In this document: in pieces, positions 46,573 to 57,310 of the stretch
How positions within the stretch are numbered: position 1 is the first letter of the stretch
Layout of the letters: every line of letters starts with the position of its first letter
Origin: Promethearchaeota archaeon
GTDB taxonomy: Archaea; Asgardarchaeota; Lokiarchaeia; Sigyniarchaeales; SOKP01
Direction of reading: 5' to 3'
Length of the DNA stretch: 64,000 nt
Assembly: GCA_048941285.1 (NCBI GenBank)
Contig: JBHLNS010000003.1
Span: forward strand, 32,001-96,000
Program-made: the position numbers and the translations under genes
Notes under the pieces: generated by a model
Told to the model about the DNA's origin: nothing
Databases searched by the model: none
The model's input: only the letters and a program-made list of their open reading frames with translations

Positions 46573-48951
46573 TTAATATTGAGTTCTAGCAATAATATCA
46601 TTTTGTGCAGCTTTTGTGAGCTCTGTAAACAAAACTGAATAACCTGCAATTCTTACAACTAGACCCCGATAATCATCAGGACTTTGTTGGGCTTTACATA
46701 ATGTATCTTTACCAATAACGTTAAATTGAATATGATATCCACCTTTAGGTTTAAAATATGATTTAATCAATGGAATAAATACCTCTTCTTTAAGCGAATT
46801 TGGGTGAAAGTCTAAAAGTAGTGAAGTTCCATTTGTAATAAGTTCATTATTTAGCTTTTTTACTGAATTGAGAATTGCAGTCGGACCTTTTTTATCTCTT
46901 CCATGAGTAGGGCCTACACCATTTGAAAGTGCGTCTCTAGATTTTCGACCGTCAGCAGATGCGGCTGTCCAAGATCCAAATGCTATATGAAAAGATGTAG
47001 AATATATTCCCGGATTAAATATTCCAGCACGAAAATTTTTATATTTGGAAATTTCATTACAATACTCTTTAACAATATCTACAGCAATTTGATCTACGTA
47101 ATCATCATCATTTCCTAATTTTGGAACTTTATTAATAAAAAGTTCTCTCCACTCAGATCCCTTTTTTCCCAGGTAAATTCCTCTATAATTCTTCATAAGC
47201 ATTGTGACTATATCCTCAAACGATATTATATTATCTTCAAAAACAAATTTTTTAATAACAGCTAGACTATCTACTAGTGTTGCTAAACCAATTAATTGGG
47301 GGCCAGTAAAATTGTATATAGCACCGCCATTAGTTACGTCTAAACCACGATTAATGCAATTATCAACAGTTGAGGATAAATATGGTTGAGGATTGTTTTC
47401 AGCAATAGTTTTATCGAGGGTGTTCATTGTTAAAACCATATTTTTAATGAAAAATTTCATTTGCTCTAAAAGTGAATTCCAGAGGTCTTTATAAGATGTA
47501 ATTTCTTTATCGTTTTTTATTCCAATTTGTCTTCTGATAAACATATCATTTCCATTTGTTAAGGCTAATTCCAAGCATTTAACAATATTGAGTTGACATG
47601 CATTTGTTGAACCAAATGATTTACTAGGGTGTTGAGGTTCTACACATCCGATTGGAGCATATTCTCGTGCATCCTCGAGAGTAAAACCACGTTTAACGAG
47701 CCCTTGAATCATTACATCGTCATTAAATAAAGCTATACTAGTACCTAATTTAACTGATTTTGCAATTTTAGTCAAAAGCTCTACCGGAGTACTTTCATGA
47801 ATTCTTATTGAAAATGTTGGTTGAACTGTTTGCAAATGGGAGTATGCATCTAATATAATGTATGACAAATCATTTGTGGCATCATTTCCTTGCCTATCTA
47901 ATCCACCGATAGTAACATTTTCTGTGATTGGAGGACCCTCTCCCGCATTAATTGCTAAATAAAAAACATAATTCCATAAAGTTGTTAATTTCAAAAAGAA
48001 GCATTCAATCAAAAATTGGATCTCTTCTTTTGTTACAATTCCTCTATTCATATCATTCATATAAAATGGATAGAGCAATTGGTCAAGACGCCCAATACTC
48101 ACAGCATATCCTCCATCTTCTAGCCCACATATAAGATGATTGAAATATAATAGTTGAAGTGCTTCTTTAAAATTCTTTGGTACGTTTTCAGAAATATTAG
48201 AACAAATTTCTGAGATTTCTAACAGTTCCTCTTTACGTTTAGAATTAAGTTCTTTTTTTGAAATTTCTATCGCTAATGAAGAAAACCTTTTTATAAAAGA
48301 TTTAGCAGCATTACACACAATAATAACAGATCGTAAAAAATTTGTTTTTTGAATGTCGTTTTGAAAATCTATCATCTTGCTATTTGCCCTTTTAATCAGA
48401 CCATTTAATCCAAATTTTAAAATATTTTCATGTCCTGGGAAAAAATGACCAATTCCATTAGTTAATTCGGTTTCAACTAGAAATACTAATGTATCCATAT
48501 TTTCTTTCACTTTTGGGTCTAAATTCTTTATAAATTGCTCTTTTAAAGTATAGTCCTCATTTTTCCAATATGGAATTATTTTTTCTTTTAAGATTCGTTT
48601 TTCATCATTTTCAATTAAGAATTTTTGTGCTGGGCGTTTGTCATAAGTGTCTACATCCTGCTCTATAAAATCTACTCTAATTTCAGGATAAAGTGGAGTT
48701 CCAACAAATTTACTACACCTATTTCCGACAATAAACTCATCTTCCCAAATTCTAATCGACATATTTGTTAATATAAGGTCTAAAGCTTTTGCAAAACGAA
48801 TAATTGGATTTTCTCCTTTAGTATTTTTATATGACTCGGTAATTAAACTGGCTCTTTCAATACAAATTTCACGTGGCTGCCTTACCACTTTATCTTTCAT
48901 CTTTAATATTCTTTCAGTATAATATGAAGGAGGAGGTTGTTCTAATTCCAT
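46573..48951 (-). CDS. Glycyl radical enzyme (PFL2/eliminase-like)
   Basis: SIGRLDQ, single-Cys GCVEP loop and C-terminal VVRIAGYS glycyl motif. Confidence 0.93.
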   Translation of the reverse strand: MELEQPPPSYYTERILKMKDKVVRQPREICIERASLITESYKNTKGENPIIRFAKALDLILTNMSIRIWEDEFIVGNRCSKFVGTPLYPEIRVDFIEQDVDTYDKRPAQKFLIENDEKRILKEKIIPYWKNEDYTLKEQFIKNLDPKVKENMDTLVFLVETELTNGIGHFFPGHENILKFGLNGLIKRANSKMIDFQNDIQKTNFLRSVIIVCNAAKSFIKRFSSLAIEISKKELNSKRKEELLEISEICSNISENVPKNFKEALQLLYFNHLICGLEDGGYAVSIGRLDQLLYPFYMNDMNRGIVTKEEIQFLIECFFLKLTTLWNYVFYLAINAGEGPPITENVTIGGLDRQGNDATNDLSYIILDAYSHLQTVQPTFSIRIHESTPVELLTKIAKSVKLGTSIALFNDDVMIQGLVKRGFTLEDAREYAPIGCVEPQHPSKSFGSTNACQLNIVKCLELALTNGNDMFIRRQIGIKNDKEITSYKDLWNSLLEQMKFFIKNMVLTMNTLDKTIAENNPQPYLSSTVDNCINRGLDVTNGGAIYNFTGPQLIGLATLVDSLAVIKKFVFEDNIISFEDIVTMLMKNYRGIYLGKKGSEWRELFINKVPKLGNDDDYVDQIAVDIVKEYCNEISKYKNFRAGIFNPGIYSTSFHIAFGSWTAASADGRKSRDALSNGVGPTHGRDKKGPTAILNSVKKLNNELITNGTSLLLDFHPNSLKEEVFIPLIKSYFKPKGGYHIQFNVIGKDTLCKAQQSPDDYRGLVVRIAGYSVLFTELTKAAQNDIIARTQY

Positions 48952-49060
48952 TTATATCCCTAAATATTATCATTTATTCAGTTTAATTAAAAATATAATT
49001 GCTTTATGTAATAAAAGTTTTTATTATATTTTTTCACAAAAAATCTGGAATTCCATGGAT

Positions 49061-49897
49061 TTAAATAAATTTCATTAGGTCATTATTAGCTTCTGGAGAA
49101 AATAAAAGCTCTTTCTTATTTTTATCTCTAAATCTATTAATAGCTATTTCCAAGTATTCTTTATTTGAATCAATTCCAATAAATTTTCTATTTAAAATAC
49201 TACATACAATACCTGTTGTACCAGATCCTACAAAAGGATCTAATACGCAATCGCCTTCTTTTGAGGAGGACGATATTATTCTATTTAACAATTCCAATGG
49301 TTTTTGAGTTGGATGTTTACCATATTCTTTCTCATTATGAGGTAATAAAGGAATGGACCAAACACTTCTCATTTGTTTATCTTTTTTCTTTAATTTATCT
49401 TTAGGATTGTTCCAAGTCTTCATTATCTCATAATTAAAAGTATGAAGTGAATTTTTTGATTTACGAGCCCATAATACTATTTCATGACTATGCGTAAAAT
49501 ATTTACAAGATAAATTCGGTGGAGCATTTGGCTTATACATCACGATATCATTAATAATATCATAACCATTTTTTTCTAATAGATAACCAAGTTTATAGAT
49601 TATATGCATGGTTCCAGAAATCCAAATACTCCCATTTTTACTTAAGACTCTCTTACAAGCTCTTAACCAAGATTCAGTAAAATTAATATCTTCTTCGAAA
49701 CCTTTTGATTTATCCCATTTTCCTTTATTAACCGAAACCATTTTTCCTGATTTACATGTAATGCCATCATTTGACAGGAAATAAGGCGGATCAGCAAAAA
49801 TTAAATCAAAATTTTCATCTTTAAATTGGTTAAGTACTTCTAAAATGTCTCCATGATATAAGATAAAATCTTTCTCCGCAAAATAAGGTTTAATCAT
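49061..49897 (-). CDS. Beta-class N6-adenine/N4-cytosine DNA methyltransferase (DpnA/DpnIIB-like), no adjacent restriction enzyme
   Basis: FADPPY precedes HPTQKP and LDPFVGSGTT; the GKMVSVNKGKWD segment is typical of DpnA-like enzymes. Confidence 0.88.
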   Translation of the reverse strand: MIKPYFAEKDFILYHGDILEVLNQFKDENFDLIFADPPYFLSNDGITCKSGKMVSVNKGKWDKSKGFEEDINFTESWLRACKRVLSKNGSIWISGTMHIIYKLGYLLEKNGYDIINDIVMYKPNAPPNLSCKYFTHSHEIVLWARKSKNSLHTFNYEIMKTWNNPKDKLKKKDKQMRSVWSIPLLPHNEKEYGKHPTQKPLELLNRIISSSSKEGDCVLDPFVGSGTTGIVCSILNRKFIGIDSNKEYLEIAINRFRDKNKKELLFSPEANNDLMKFI

Positions 49898-50057
49898 ATC
49901 TAGATAAATTTCTCTTAGGAACTACAAAAATTCAAATAAACTGGTTAAGAAAATATAATATCTTTTAATTATTAACTTTAAAGTTTAATATTAACAAAGA
50001 CTTAATATTCATGTAAGAAAATCGTAATCTTACTCAAAACGCTTTAGAGATAGAAAT

Positions 50058-50999
50058 ATGATAAACAAACAACGGTTTGAAGAGCTATTTAATCAACACA
50101 TAATAAAAGACATTTCAGAAGAACAAATTGATATTGTTCTTTCAGGCCAATATGGCAAAGCATTAGAATTATTAAGAGATGCAGAATCAACTGGTTTATT
50201 TCCCGCCTTAGTTGGACCACCTGGTGTTGGAAAAACTATATTATGTCGGTATTTTGCTAGTTTGAGGGCAAAGGAAAATAAAAACAAGAGCTTTCAATGG
50301 TTAACTATGGATGAAAGTATCAAACCTTCACATTTTGTCGGTTCATTTGATCCAGCAATTACATTAAAGAAAGGATTTGTCTTGGAAGCATTTAACCCCG
50401 GCCCATTATTAAATGCTATGCTAGAAGGAGGAACTTTCTTAGCTAACGAAATTAATAGGGCAACAGAATATTCTCAAAATACTTTATTAGAGCCTTTAGA
50501 AGAAGCATCAATAGGAATCCCTCATCTAGGGAGAATAAAAGCTGATAAAGACTTCTTTTTTATATGTGCAATGAATCCGGAAGAATTATCGGGAACACAT
50601 CGCTTATCTGAAGCGTTAAAAGATAGAATAAAAGTTTGGATTAAATTAACCTATCCAGATAAATCTACCGAATTAGATATTATAAGAATTAATTTACCTG
50701 AACATTTTATTATTGAAGAGTCCGAATTAGAATTAATATATTCGATTATTAAAGAAACTAGACAGAATAAAATTGATATTGAAATTCCAGCCTCAATTAG
50801 AGCCGGAATCGCTATTGCCAAATTACTAGCTAGAAAAAGAATTATAGAGAAGGAAAAAAAGGTAAAAGAAAAAGAATCTGTATACATTTATCTTTCTGAA
50901 ATTGCTCAGCACGTACTACTCGGAAGCTTAAAACCAAAACCAGGGGTAAAAGTTGAAAATGTAATAGAAAATATTATTCATAAGACTTTAGGAGGCTAA
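50058..50999 (+). CDS. MoxR-family AAA+ ATPase
   Basis: GPPGVGKT, FLANEINR, AMNP.E..GT..LSEALKDR and SIRAG. Confidence 0.9.
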   Translation: MINKQRFEELFNQHIIKDISEEQIDIVLSGQYGKALELLRDAESTGLFPALVGPPGVGKTILCRYFASLRAKENKNKSFQWLTMDESIKPSHFVGSFDPAITLKKGFVLEAFNPGPLLNAMLEGGTFLANEINRATEYSQNTLLEPLEEASIGIPHLGRIKADKDFFFICAMNPEELSGTHRLSEALKDRIKVWIKLTYPDKSTELDIIRINLPEHFIIEESELELIYSIIKETRQNKIDIEIPASIRAGIAIAKLLARKRIIEKEKKVKEKESVYIYLSEIAQHVLLGSLKPKPGVKVENVIENIIHKTLGG

Positions 51000-51003
51000 A
51001 TTA

Positions 51004-53493
51004 TTGGGTGTATTTCCTGAAAACCCATGTGAGTTTGCAGTAGAGTTTATAAGAAGGATGAGAAATCATCCTGATATAATCCAAATGCCATCTCCACGAC
51101 AAGTATTATCCATCCCGAATTTAATTATATCAAGGTATTATCGTAAAGGATCAATTACACCTAACGATTTTATAGAAATTAGTACTGTTACCTCTTTTCC
51201 AGACAATCAAAATTTAGCAAAAGACATTGCCTTTGAGATTCTCTTCCCAAATTACAAGAAAAACATAATGAAATCATTCTTCAATGAGGACGGAATTGAT
51301 AATTTTGAAAAAGAATTACCAAATTCCGAAATCAAATCAGAATTAGACCAATTACAAGATCTAATAGATGAGATTGAATTATCCAAATCATTTGATACAG
51401 ATATGATTCAGCAATCAGAAAAATTCATTGAAGAATTAAATCAAAAGAGGCATGAAGAACCTTATAAATCAGCACTTAATTTCTTTAATGATGATTCTGA
51501 GCTATATAAAGAAGAAATAACTTCATTTGAGAAATTACTTGAAGAAGCAAAAAAACGGATGCTTCAAAAAATTAATTCTTTAGATCCTAAAGATCTTAAA
51601 GCAGGTACAAAATTAGGGTTAAATGATTTAATCCAAGAGCAATCATTAAGAGAATGGGAAAAACTTACAAGTAAAGCACTTAACAATCAAAATATTAAAG
51701 AAGATCTGAATAAATTATTAAAATCAGGGAGTTTAGATGATTTACTTCAATCTATGAGATTTTTAAAAGAAAGTAATGCCATTTCTAAAGATCAATTAGA
51801 GAATCTGAAAGATAAACTACAAAATAAAATTGATAATTTAGACCAATTATTTCAATCAGCAAAACATTTAAAAGAATCTCCAAAATTTAATTCAGATAAA
51901 ATTTTAAACAATAGCATTAAGCAATCTTCTTTTGAACATAATTTTAATTTGGCAAATTCACTTGATCAATTTTTTGGAACGAATCTAAGAACCTCATTAT
52001 TAGATAAATATGATCAACAGTTTAAAAATTCCCAAATGAACCTTTCACTTGAAACATTAACGAAAACATCATTTGCAAGCAAATCATGGAATTCATTGTT
52101 TAATCAAGCACTTAAAAATGCCATTAATGAAGCAATGAGCCAGACTAAAAAATTTGAAGCTTTTAAAACCCTAACTCATCAATTACAACAACTAGCTAAT
52201 AGCTCTCCAAATATGCATTGTAGCCAAAAAATGGCACAAAACATTCCAAATCTTACTTCGTTAACTTTAGATTCATGTGAAAATCCCTATCAACTACGAA
52301 ATGCTACAGAATTTTTAAGAAAAATTGGATTAAATATTGAGTCAGAACTAATTGAGAAGATTGGAAAGAAACTTCAAATGCCTGAGGATGAAATTTTTGA
52401 ATTAATTGAACCAACATACCAATTATTAAAAAAATTAATTGAAAAAAATAAAGCAGATTTTCAAAGAATTAGTAATTTAATGAATCAGATTCAAGATCAA
52501 TTGAATTTCGAGAGGATAAAAGAATTAACAGCTAGTGCATTAGCTTCAAATAATAGAGATGCATTAGGAGCTCTAGGAAATTTTAATTTAAGTGATGCTT
52601 TAAAAAGCGCTCAACAAATTGGAGGTCAAGAAGGAGAAAATAAAATGATTTCGTGTTTATCAGCAGGTAGTGGTGAAAATCTTCTTAAGCAATGGTTTAT
52701 CCATCGAAACAGTTTACAAGAAAATACTAAACAGAAAGTAAAAGAACTTGCTAAAAAAATGTTAATTGAATTAGGTATTTATTATTCAAGAGCCCATTTA
52801 GGAAGTTCTACAACTGGACCAATACCAATTAATATAGTAAGACCATATTCAATTGGAGACGATTTTGAAAATATTGACCTAGAAGAGACAATCAACAATA
52901 TCTTAGAAAAAGGTAAAAAATTAGATTATATTAAATATGACGACTTTTTTGTCTTTGAAACGGCTAAAGGACTAAGAACTGCTTGTTTTGAGCTTGATAT
53001 TTCAGGTAGTATGAGTGGTGATAAACTTGCTTATATGAGCATATGTATAACAATGTTATGTTATGGGATGCGTAAAGATGAACTTGGTATCACTTTTTTT
53101 GAATCCAATACTCATGTTTTAAAAAGATTAGATGAAAAAATCGATTTAGAAAAATTGGCAGATGAACTACTCTCTGTTACTGCTCGAGGGGGAACACGAG
53201 TACAAAGTGCCGTTGAGTGGGCGAATAAACAATTTAAAGAATATTCAACTTCACGTGAAAAACTAAATGTATTGTTTACTGATGCTGAAATTTTTGATCT
53301 AAAAGAAACTATCCCAGAATTTAGAAAAATGCGTTCTTTAGGAGTTGATTTCATACTTGTATGCCCTGAAACTTCTTTCAACTTGAAAGAAGCTAAAAAG
53401 ATGGTTAAAGTAGTAGGAGGACAAATGCTTACAATAAAAGATTGGAATGAGTTTCCCAAATTAATTTCAGAAATAATAAAATCAAGATTCTAA
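51004..53493 (+). CDS. vWA-domain protein, partner of MoxR
   Basis: C-terminal MIDAS DISGSM...GGT...FTDA, preceded by a long helical region. Confidence 0.87.
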   Translation: MGVFPENPCEFAVEFIRRMRNHPDIIQMPSPRQVLSIPNLIISRYYRKGSITPNDFIEISTVTSFPDNQNLAKDIAFEILFPNYKKNIMKSFFNEDGIDNFEKELPNSEIKSELDQLQDLIDEIELSKSFDTDMIQQSEKFIEELNQKRHEEPYKSALNFFNDDSELYKEEITSFEKLLEEAKKRMLQKINSLDPKDLKAGTKLGLNDLIQEQSLREWEKLTSKALNNQNIKEDLNKLLKSGSLDDLLQSMRFLKESNAISKDQLENLKDKLQNKIDNLDQLFQSAKHLKESPKFNSDKILNNSIKQSSFEHNFNLANSLDQFFGTNLRTSLLDKYDQQFKNSQMNLSLETLTKTSFASKSWNSLFNQALKNAINEAMSQTKKFEAFKTLTHQLQQLANSSPNMHCSQKMAQNIPNLTSLTLDSCENPYQLRNATEFLRKIGLNIESELIEKIGKKLQMPEDEIFELIEPTYQLLKKLIEKNKADFQRISNLMNQIQDQLNFERIKELTASALASNNRDALGALGNFNLSDALKSAQQIGGQEGENKMISCLSAGSGENLLKQWFIHRNSLQENTKQKVKELAKKMLIELGIYYSRAHLGSSTTGPIPINIVRPYSIGDDFENIDLEETINNILEKGKKLDYIKYDDFFVFETAKGLRTACFELDISGSMSGDKLAYMSICITMLCYGMRKDELGITFFESNTHVLKRLDEKIDLEKLADELLSVTARGGTRVQSAVEWANKQFKEYSTSREKLNVLFTDAEIFDLKETIPEFRKMRSLGVDFILVCPETSFNLKEAKKMVKVVGGQMLTIKDWNEFPKLISEIIKSRF

Positions 53494-53497
53494 AAAA

Positions 53498-55846
53498 ATG
53501 GTTGATAACTCGATATCTAGTCTAATAATTGATAAATTTGGTTTAAATCTATACCAAAAATCACTTAAATTCCTTTCTAATAAGATCAATATAATTAGTA
53601 TTGAAGAAGATCCCCTATTAATTAGAAGTCTTATCTTGGATAATGAACGTGAATTTCATCTTATAATAGACGAAAAAAATAATGAAATTTTTCACGATTG
53701 CCCATCATTTTTAATTCATTCTGAAAAAAGTAAAAAAATTTGCGTTCATTTAATAAAAATATTATCAATAATTAAGATTAACATAGCTCAAAAGATTTTA
53801 GACAATTTTAAGAGTTACCTTTTAACTTCTGAAGATTTAGGCTCACAAAAAAAAAGCAAAAATTTTCTTTTATTAGCTAATAGATGTTTCAAAGACGAAA
53901 ATTGCGTAGAGGCGCTAAACTATATGAATAAAGCAATTTATAATCAAGCTGAAACTGAAAATATAATTGAAAGCTATCTCAACACAGCTATAAATAATAA
54001 TTTATTTATTGAATTTTTTGAGTTTTTGAGAAATGGGTATGAGAATGATTTAAAGAAAAATTTTTGGACTTTTAACAATTATATTGAAAAGGGATTTAAG
54101 AAGTTTCTAAACATTATATCAAAATACTCCTTTTTTGATCTTCTTAAAATTATTGAATCTATTAACAAAATACTAGAATTTAAAGATATATCGTTTATAG
54201 CGGCCCATTTTAATAAGCTTAAAGTTTTGATTGACAGTAAAAACTTTAATAATCAATATTTTTCAACTTATATAGTAAAGAGCAATTATTCTGACCTTGT
54301 TAAGCTAAATCCATTATTTAAGGAATTAATATCTGAAACTTTTTTAAAGTCTCTTAAAACCGAATTGTTAAATTATTTCTTTTCTGAAATAGATAACTTT
54401 TGTATCCTTGATAAGTTAAAGATATTGAAAAAACAATTTCGAGTTATAAGCATTCCGAAGGAACAATATTATAGTGAATATAATAAGTACAAAAAAGAAA
54501 TTAAGGAATTGGAAAGAAAAGTTTATCTTAAAAAATTTGCTTTCTTAAAATTTTTAATGGAAAAACATAACCTTATAAGAGCTAGAGGGGAGTTTAGGAA
54601 AAAAAGAAACACATATATAGTACAGCATAATGAAGAAAATTTAAAAAATCCTGTATACCATTATATTGTTTCTCGTATTGGCTTTTTTGGATTAAATGAC
54701 CAAACAATTAAGTCATCTGAAATGGGAATCAATTACTTTATAATGAAAGAATTATTTTCAGATGATTTTAGTAGTTTTCAAGACGTTTATTATTATAGAC
54801 AACAATTTTGGGGAGAAACTAATGATTATGAAATAAAATCACTTGATGGTTTATCATTACTAAGTGAAAAAATTGAATATAATTATGATATAGTTCATAA
54901 TGAATCGGAGGACGTAATGGTAATTGAATGGGATCTAGCAAATAGATCAATTCAAGGAAGCCTAGTTAATGCATATGGGTCTCAAATAATCATTCCTGAT
55001 TACAATAATCCATTATTTTATGATTTAAAACCATTTGATCTTTGTTATTGCAAAAAAACACCGATTAAAATCGAAAGTAATATTATTAAAACGATTAATG
55101 TAATTACAAAATGCTCATTTGAAGACGTTATTAAGAATATTTCAAAAGGTATGGAATTTATTGAAGGTTACTATCCATTATCACTTATAAGAGCAGTTTT
55201 GAATAAAGAGATTAATCCCTTTCAAGCTAATGAAATTGTGGTAAATAATCCAAATAGAGTATTCGTACCTAATTATAGCGTCTTTATTAAGGCATTTAAA
55301 AAATTTTTACTAGACTATATTTTTACCGAAAGAGATGAAATTTTTGAAGACATGAAAAAAGATATTGATCTTAATGCTGATCAGCTTTTGAGCTTACTAA
55401 ATTTAAATAATGAATTAGCTGGATTAGATCTACCATACATTGAAATATTAAACAGATGTATTTATCCAAATATTAAAATAAAAGAATTTAAATCGAGGTT
55501 CTTAAATGAAATCCACTTATTTATTAAAGATTTATTAAATAAATCTAAGCTTGGAAGTACGAAAATATTTGATTTAAAAAAAATGCAACATACACCCTTT
55601 TTCAAATATTCTAATAAAATTCTTGAAATTCGAAAAGATGAGTTTGAAGCCTCTGAAATAGTTAGATTTTATGATAAAAATAGAGTTTTTTATAATATGT
55701 CAGGCATTTATAAGACATTTTATGGAAGAAAATTCTTTGAAATTCTTCAATTTAAGGAAGATTTAAACCTTCAGCCAGATAAATTTAAGAAATTCCGTGA
55801 TTTTAGTTCCAAATTAAATCTGAAGTTAAACATCATTGAAGCATGA
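53498..55846 (+). CDS. SWIM-like zinc-finger protein
   Basis: N-terminal HDCPSF...ICVHL (SWIM CxC...CxH with His as first ligand); the rest is unassigned. Confidence 0.65.
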   Translation: MVDNSISSLIIDKFGLNLYQKSLKFLSNKINIISIEEDPLLIRSLILDNEREFHLIIDEKNNEIFHDCPSFLIHSEKSKKICVHLIKILSIIKINIAQKILDNFKSYLLTSEDLGSQKKSKNFLLLANRCFKDENCVEALNYMNKAIYNQAETENIIESYLNTAINNNLFIEFFEFLRNGYENDLKKNFWTFNNYIEKGFKKFLNIISKYSFFDLLKIIESINKILEFKDISFIAAHFNKLKVLIDSKNFNNQYFSTYIVKSNYSDLVKLNPLFKELISETFLKSLKTELLNYFFSEIDNFCILDKLKILKKQFRVISIPKEQYYSEYNKYKKEIKELERKVYLKKFAFLKFLMEKHNLIRARGEFRKKRNTYIVQHNEENLKNPVYHYIVSRIGFFGLNDQTIKSSEMGINYFIMKELFSDDFSSFQDVYYYRQQFWGETNDYEIKSLDGLSLLSEKIEYNYDIVHNESEDVMVIEWDLANRSIQGSLVNAYGSQIIIPDYNNPLFYDLKPFDLCYCKKTPIKIESNIIKTINVITKCSFEDVIKNISKGMEFIEGYYPLSLIRAVLNKEINPFQANEIVVNNPNRVFVPNYSVFIKAFKKFLLDYIFTERDEIFEDMKKDIDLNADQLLSLLNLNNELAGLDLPYIEILNRCIYPNIKIKEFKSRFLNEIHLFIKDLLNKSKLGSTKIFDLKKMQHTPFFKYSNKILEIRKDEFEASEIVRFYDKNRVFYNMSGIYKTFYGRKFFEILQFKEDLNLQPDKFKKFRDFSSKLNLKLNIIEA

Positions 55847-55860
55847 TATTAAATAATGAT

Positions 55861-57051
55861 TTAATTTTCAAATTGTAATTTTCCATAAACAGCATCATGA
55901 CCCGGTATAAACCAGAATTTCCCTTTTCTTATTTTTCGAATCGCTTCAATTAAATTTTCAGGGATATTATCAAAATTACTTTTACCTTCCCAGATTGCAT
56001 ATTCGTTATCATTGTTTTCAATTAATTTATAATATATGGATAAATTTCTTTTATCATATTCAGATCTCCCTAATACAATTGAAATCACATGTAATAATGG
56101 GACAATATATTGAAAGTTTATTTTGAAAGGATTTATTTGGTCTCTTAAATCTTGAACTCGCGCTAATACTCCTTTAGTTAGTTGCTTTTTGCAATAAGGA
56201 CAAATATTAATATTAAGTTTTGGACTACAATAATAATCTTTATTATCAAAATGTCGTTCTGGTCTATGACCATTATAGTAATATTTACCGTGTGATGGTT
56301 TAAACTCATAACTCTTAACAATTTTGTTTCTTTTAATTGAATCTATCAAATTATGGTAATTTAATTTATTAAGATTAATTTTCGTAGCTTCTCTTCCCAA
56401 TCTATGAAAATTTGTTGAATGACTATCAGAATTAGATATAATTGACACTTTATTTAATTCTGAAATACTCCTAACCATTAATGGATCTGCACTCAATCCA
56501 GTTTCAATACAATTGATAGAACTCGTTGCATAACCTAACGCATCTTTCATAGTATTAAAATGAGATTGATTACCAAATATGCCGAAATAGGGAGTAAAAA
56601 TATGTGCGGGAATTATCTCAATATACTCATCAATAGATTTCAATCCAAAAATGAGATTTTCTGCAGATTTATAGATCTTTGGTCTACCATCTTGTGCTAA
56701 ATTGCCAAATTTGGAAAGATAGTTAAAGCTTTCTTCTAATTTTTCAAAATTTGGAAAAAGAATAACGAAATGTATCTTTTTAACTGGTGTAATATTTTTC
56801 CAAGTTGCCTCAATTTCTGTTTGTAATATGAAATTAACATTTGGTATTTTTGGCGTATAGAATATTCCATCTGAATGTTCAATCAAATTGTTCTTTAATT
56901 CATTCAACCATAACGGGTGGAGACAATCGCCTGTTCCTACTAATTGAATTCCTTTCACGCTGCAATTAGCAGCAATTTTATAAATATCAATACTTTTGCT
57001 AGCTCCTCCTGAAAATTTACTATGGATATGTAAATCACATATTTTATTCAT
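55861..57051 (-). CDS. PHP-domain endonuclease Q family protein
   Basis: DLHIHSKFS, GTGD.LHP.W, PAHIFTP, ETGLSAD, SNSDSHS..RLGRE and GKY...GH. Confidence 0.88.
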   Translation of the reverse strand: MNKICDLHIHSKFSGGASKSIDIYKIAANCSVKGIQLVGTGDCLHPLWLNELKNNLIEHSDGIFYTPKIPNVNFILQTEIEATWKNITPVKKIHFVILFPNFEKLEESFNYLSKFGNLAQDGRPKIYKSAENLIFGLKSIDEYIEIIPAHIFTPYFGIFGNQSHFNTMKDALGYATSSINCIETGLSADPLMVRSISELNKVSIISNSDSHSTNFHRLGREATKINLNKLNYHNLIDSIKRNKIVKSYEFKPSHGKYYYNGHRPERHFDNKDYYCSPKLNINICPYCKKQLTKGVLARVQDLRDQINPFKINFQYIVPLLHVISIVLGRSEYDKRNLSIYYKLIENNDNEYAIWEGKSNFDNIPENLIEAIRKIRKGKFWFIPGHDAVYGKLQFEN

Positions 57052-57310
57052 ATTATTAATTCATTTTCGTTGAAATTTGTAATAATGTTTCATTTAACTT
57101 ATTTAAAATCATAAATAAATTAAATTAGATTATAGTAAATTTAGTCAACTAGGCAAAAAAATTCAAAGCTTCCACTTAATCACAAAACTAATACTATATT
57201 TTTAAAAGAATAGTAAAAATTGTATCAGTAGTTTTTTTATTAATGCATAAATTTTATTTACATAGAATCTGAAAGTTTAATTGAAAATTACTAAATAAAA
57301 TTATTACAAC

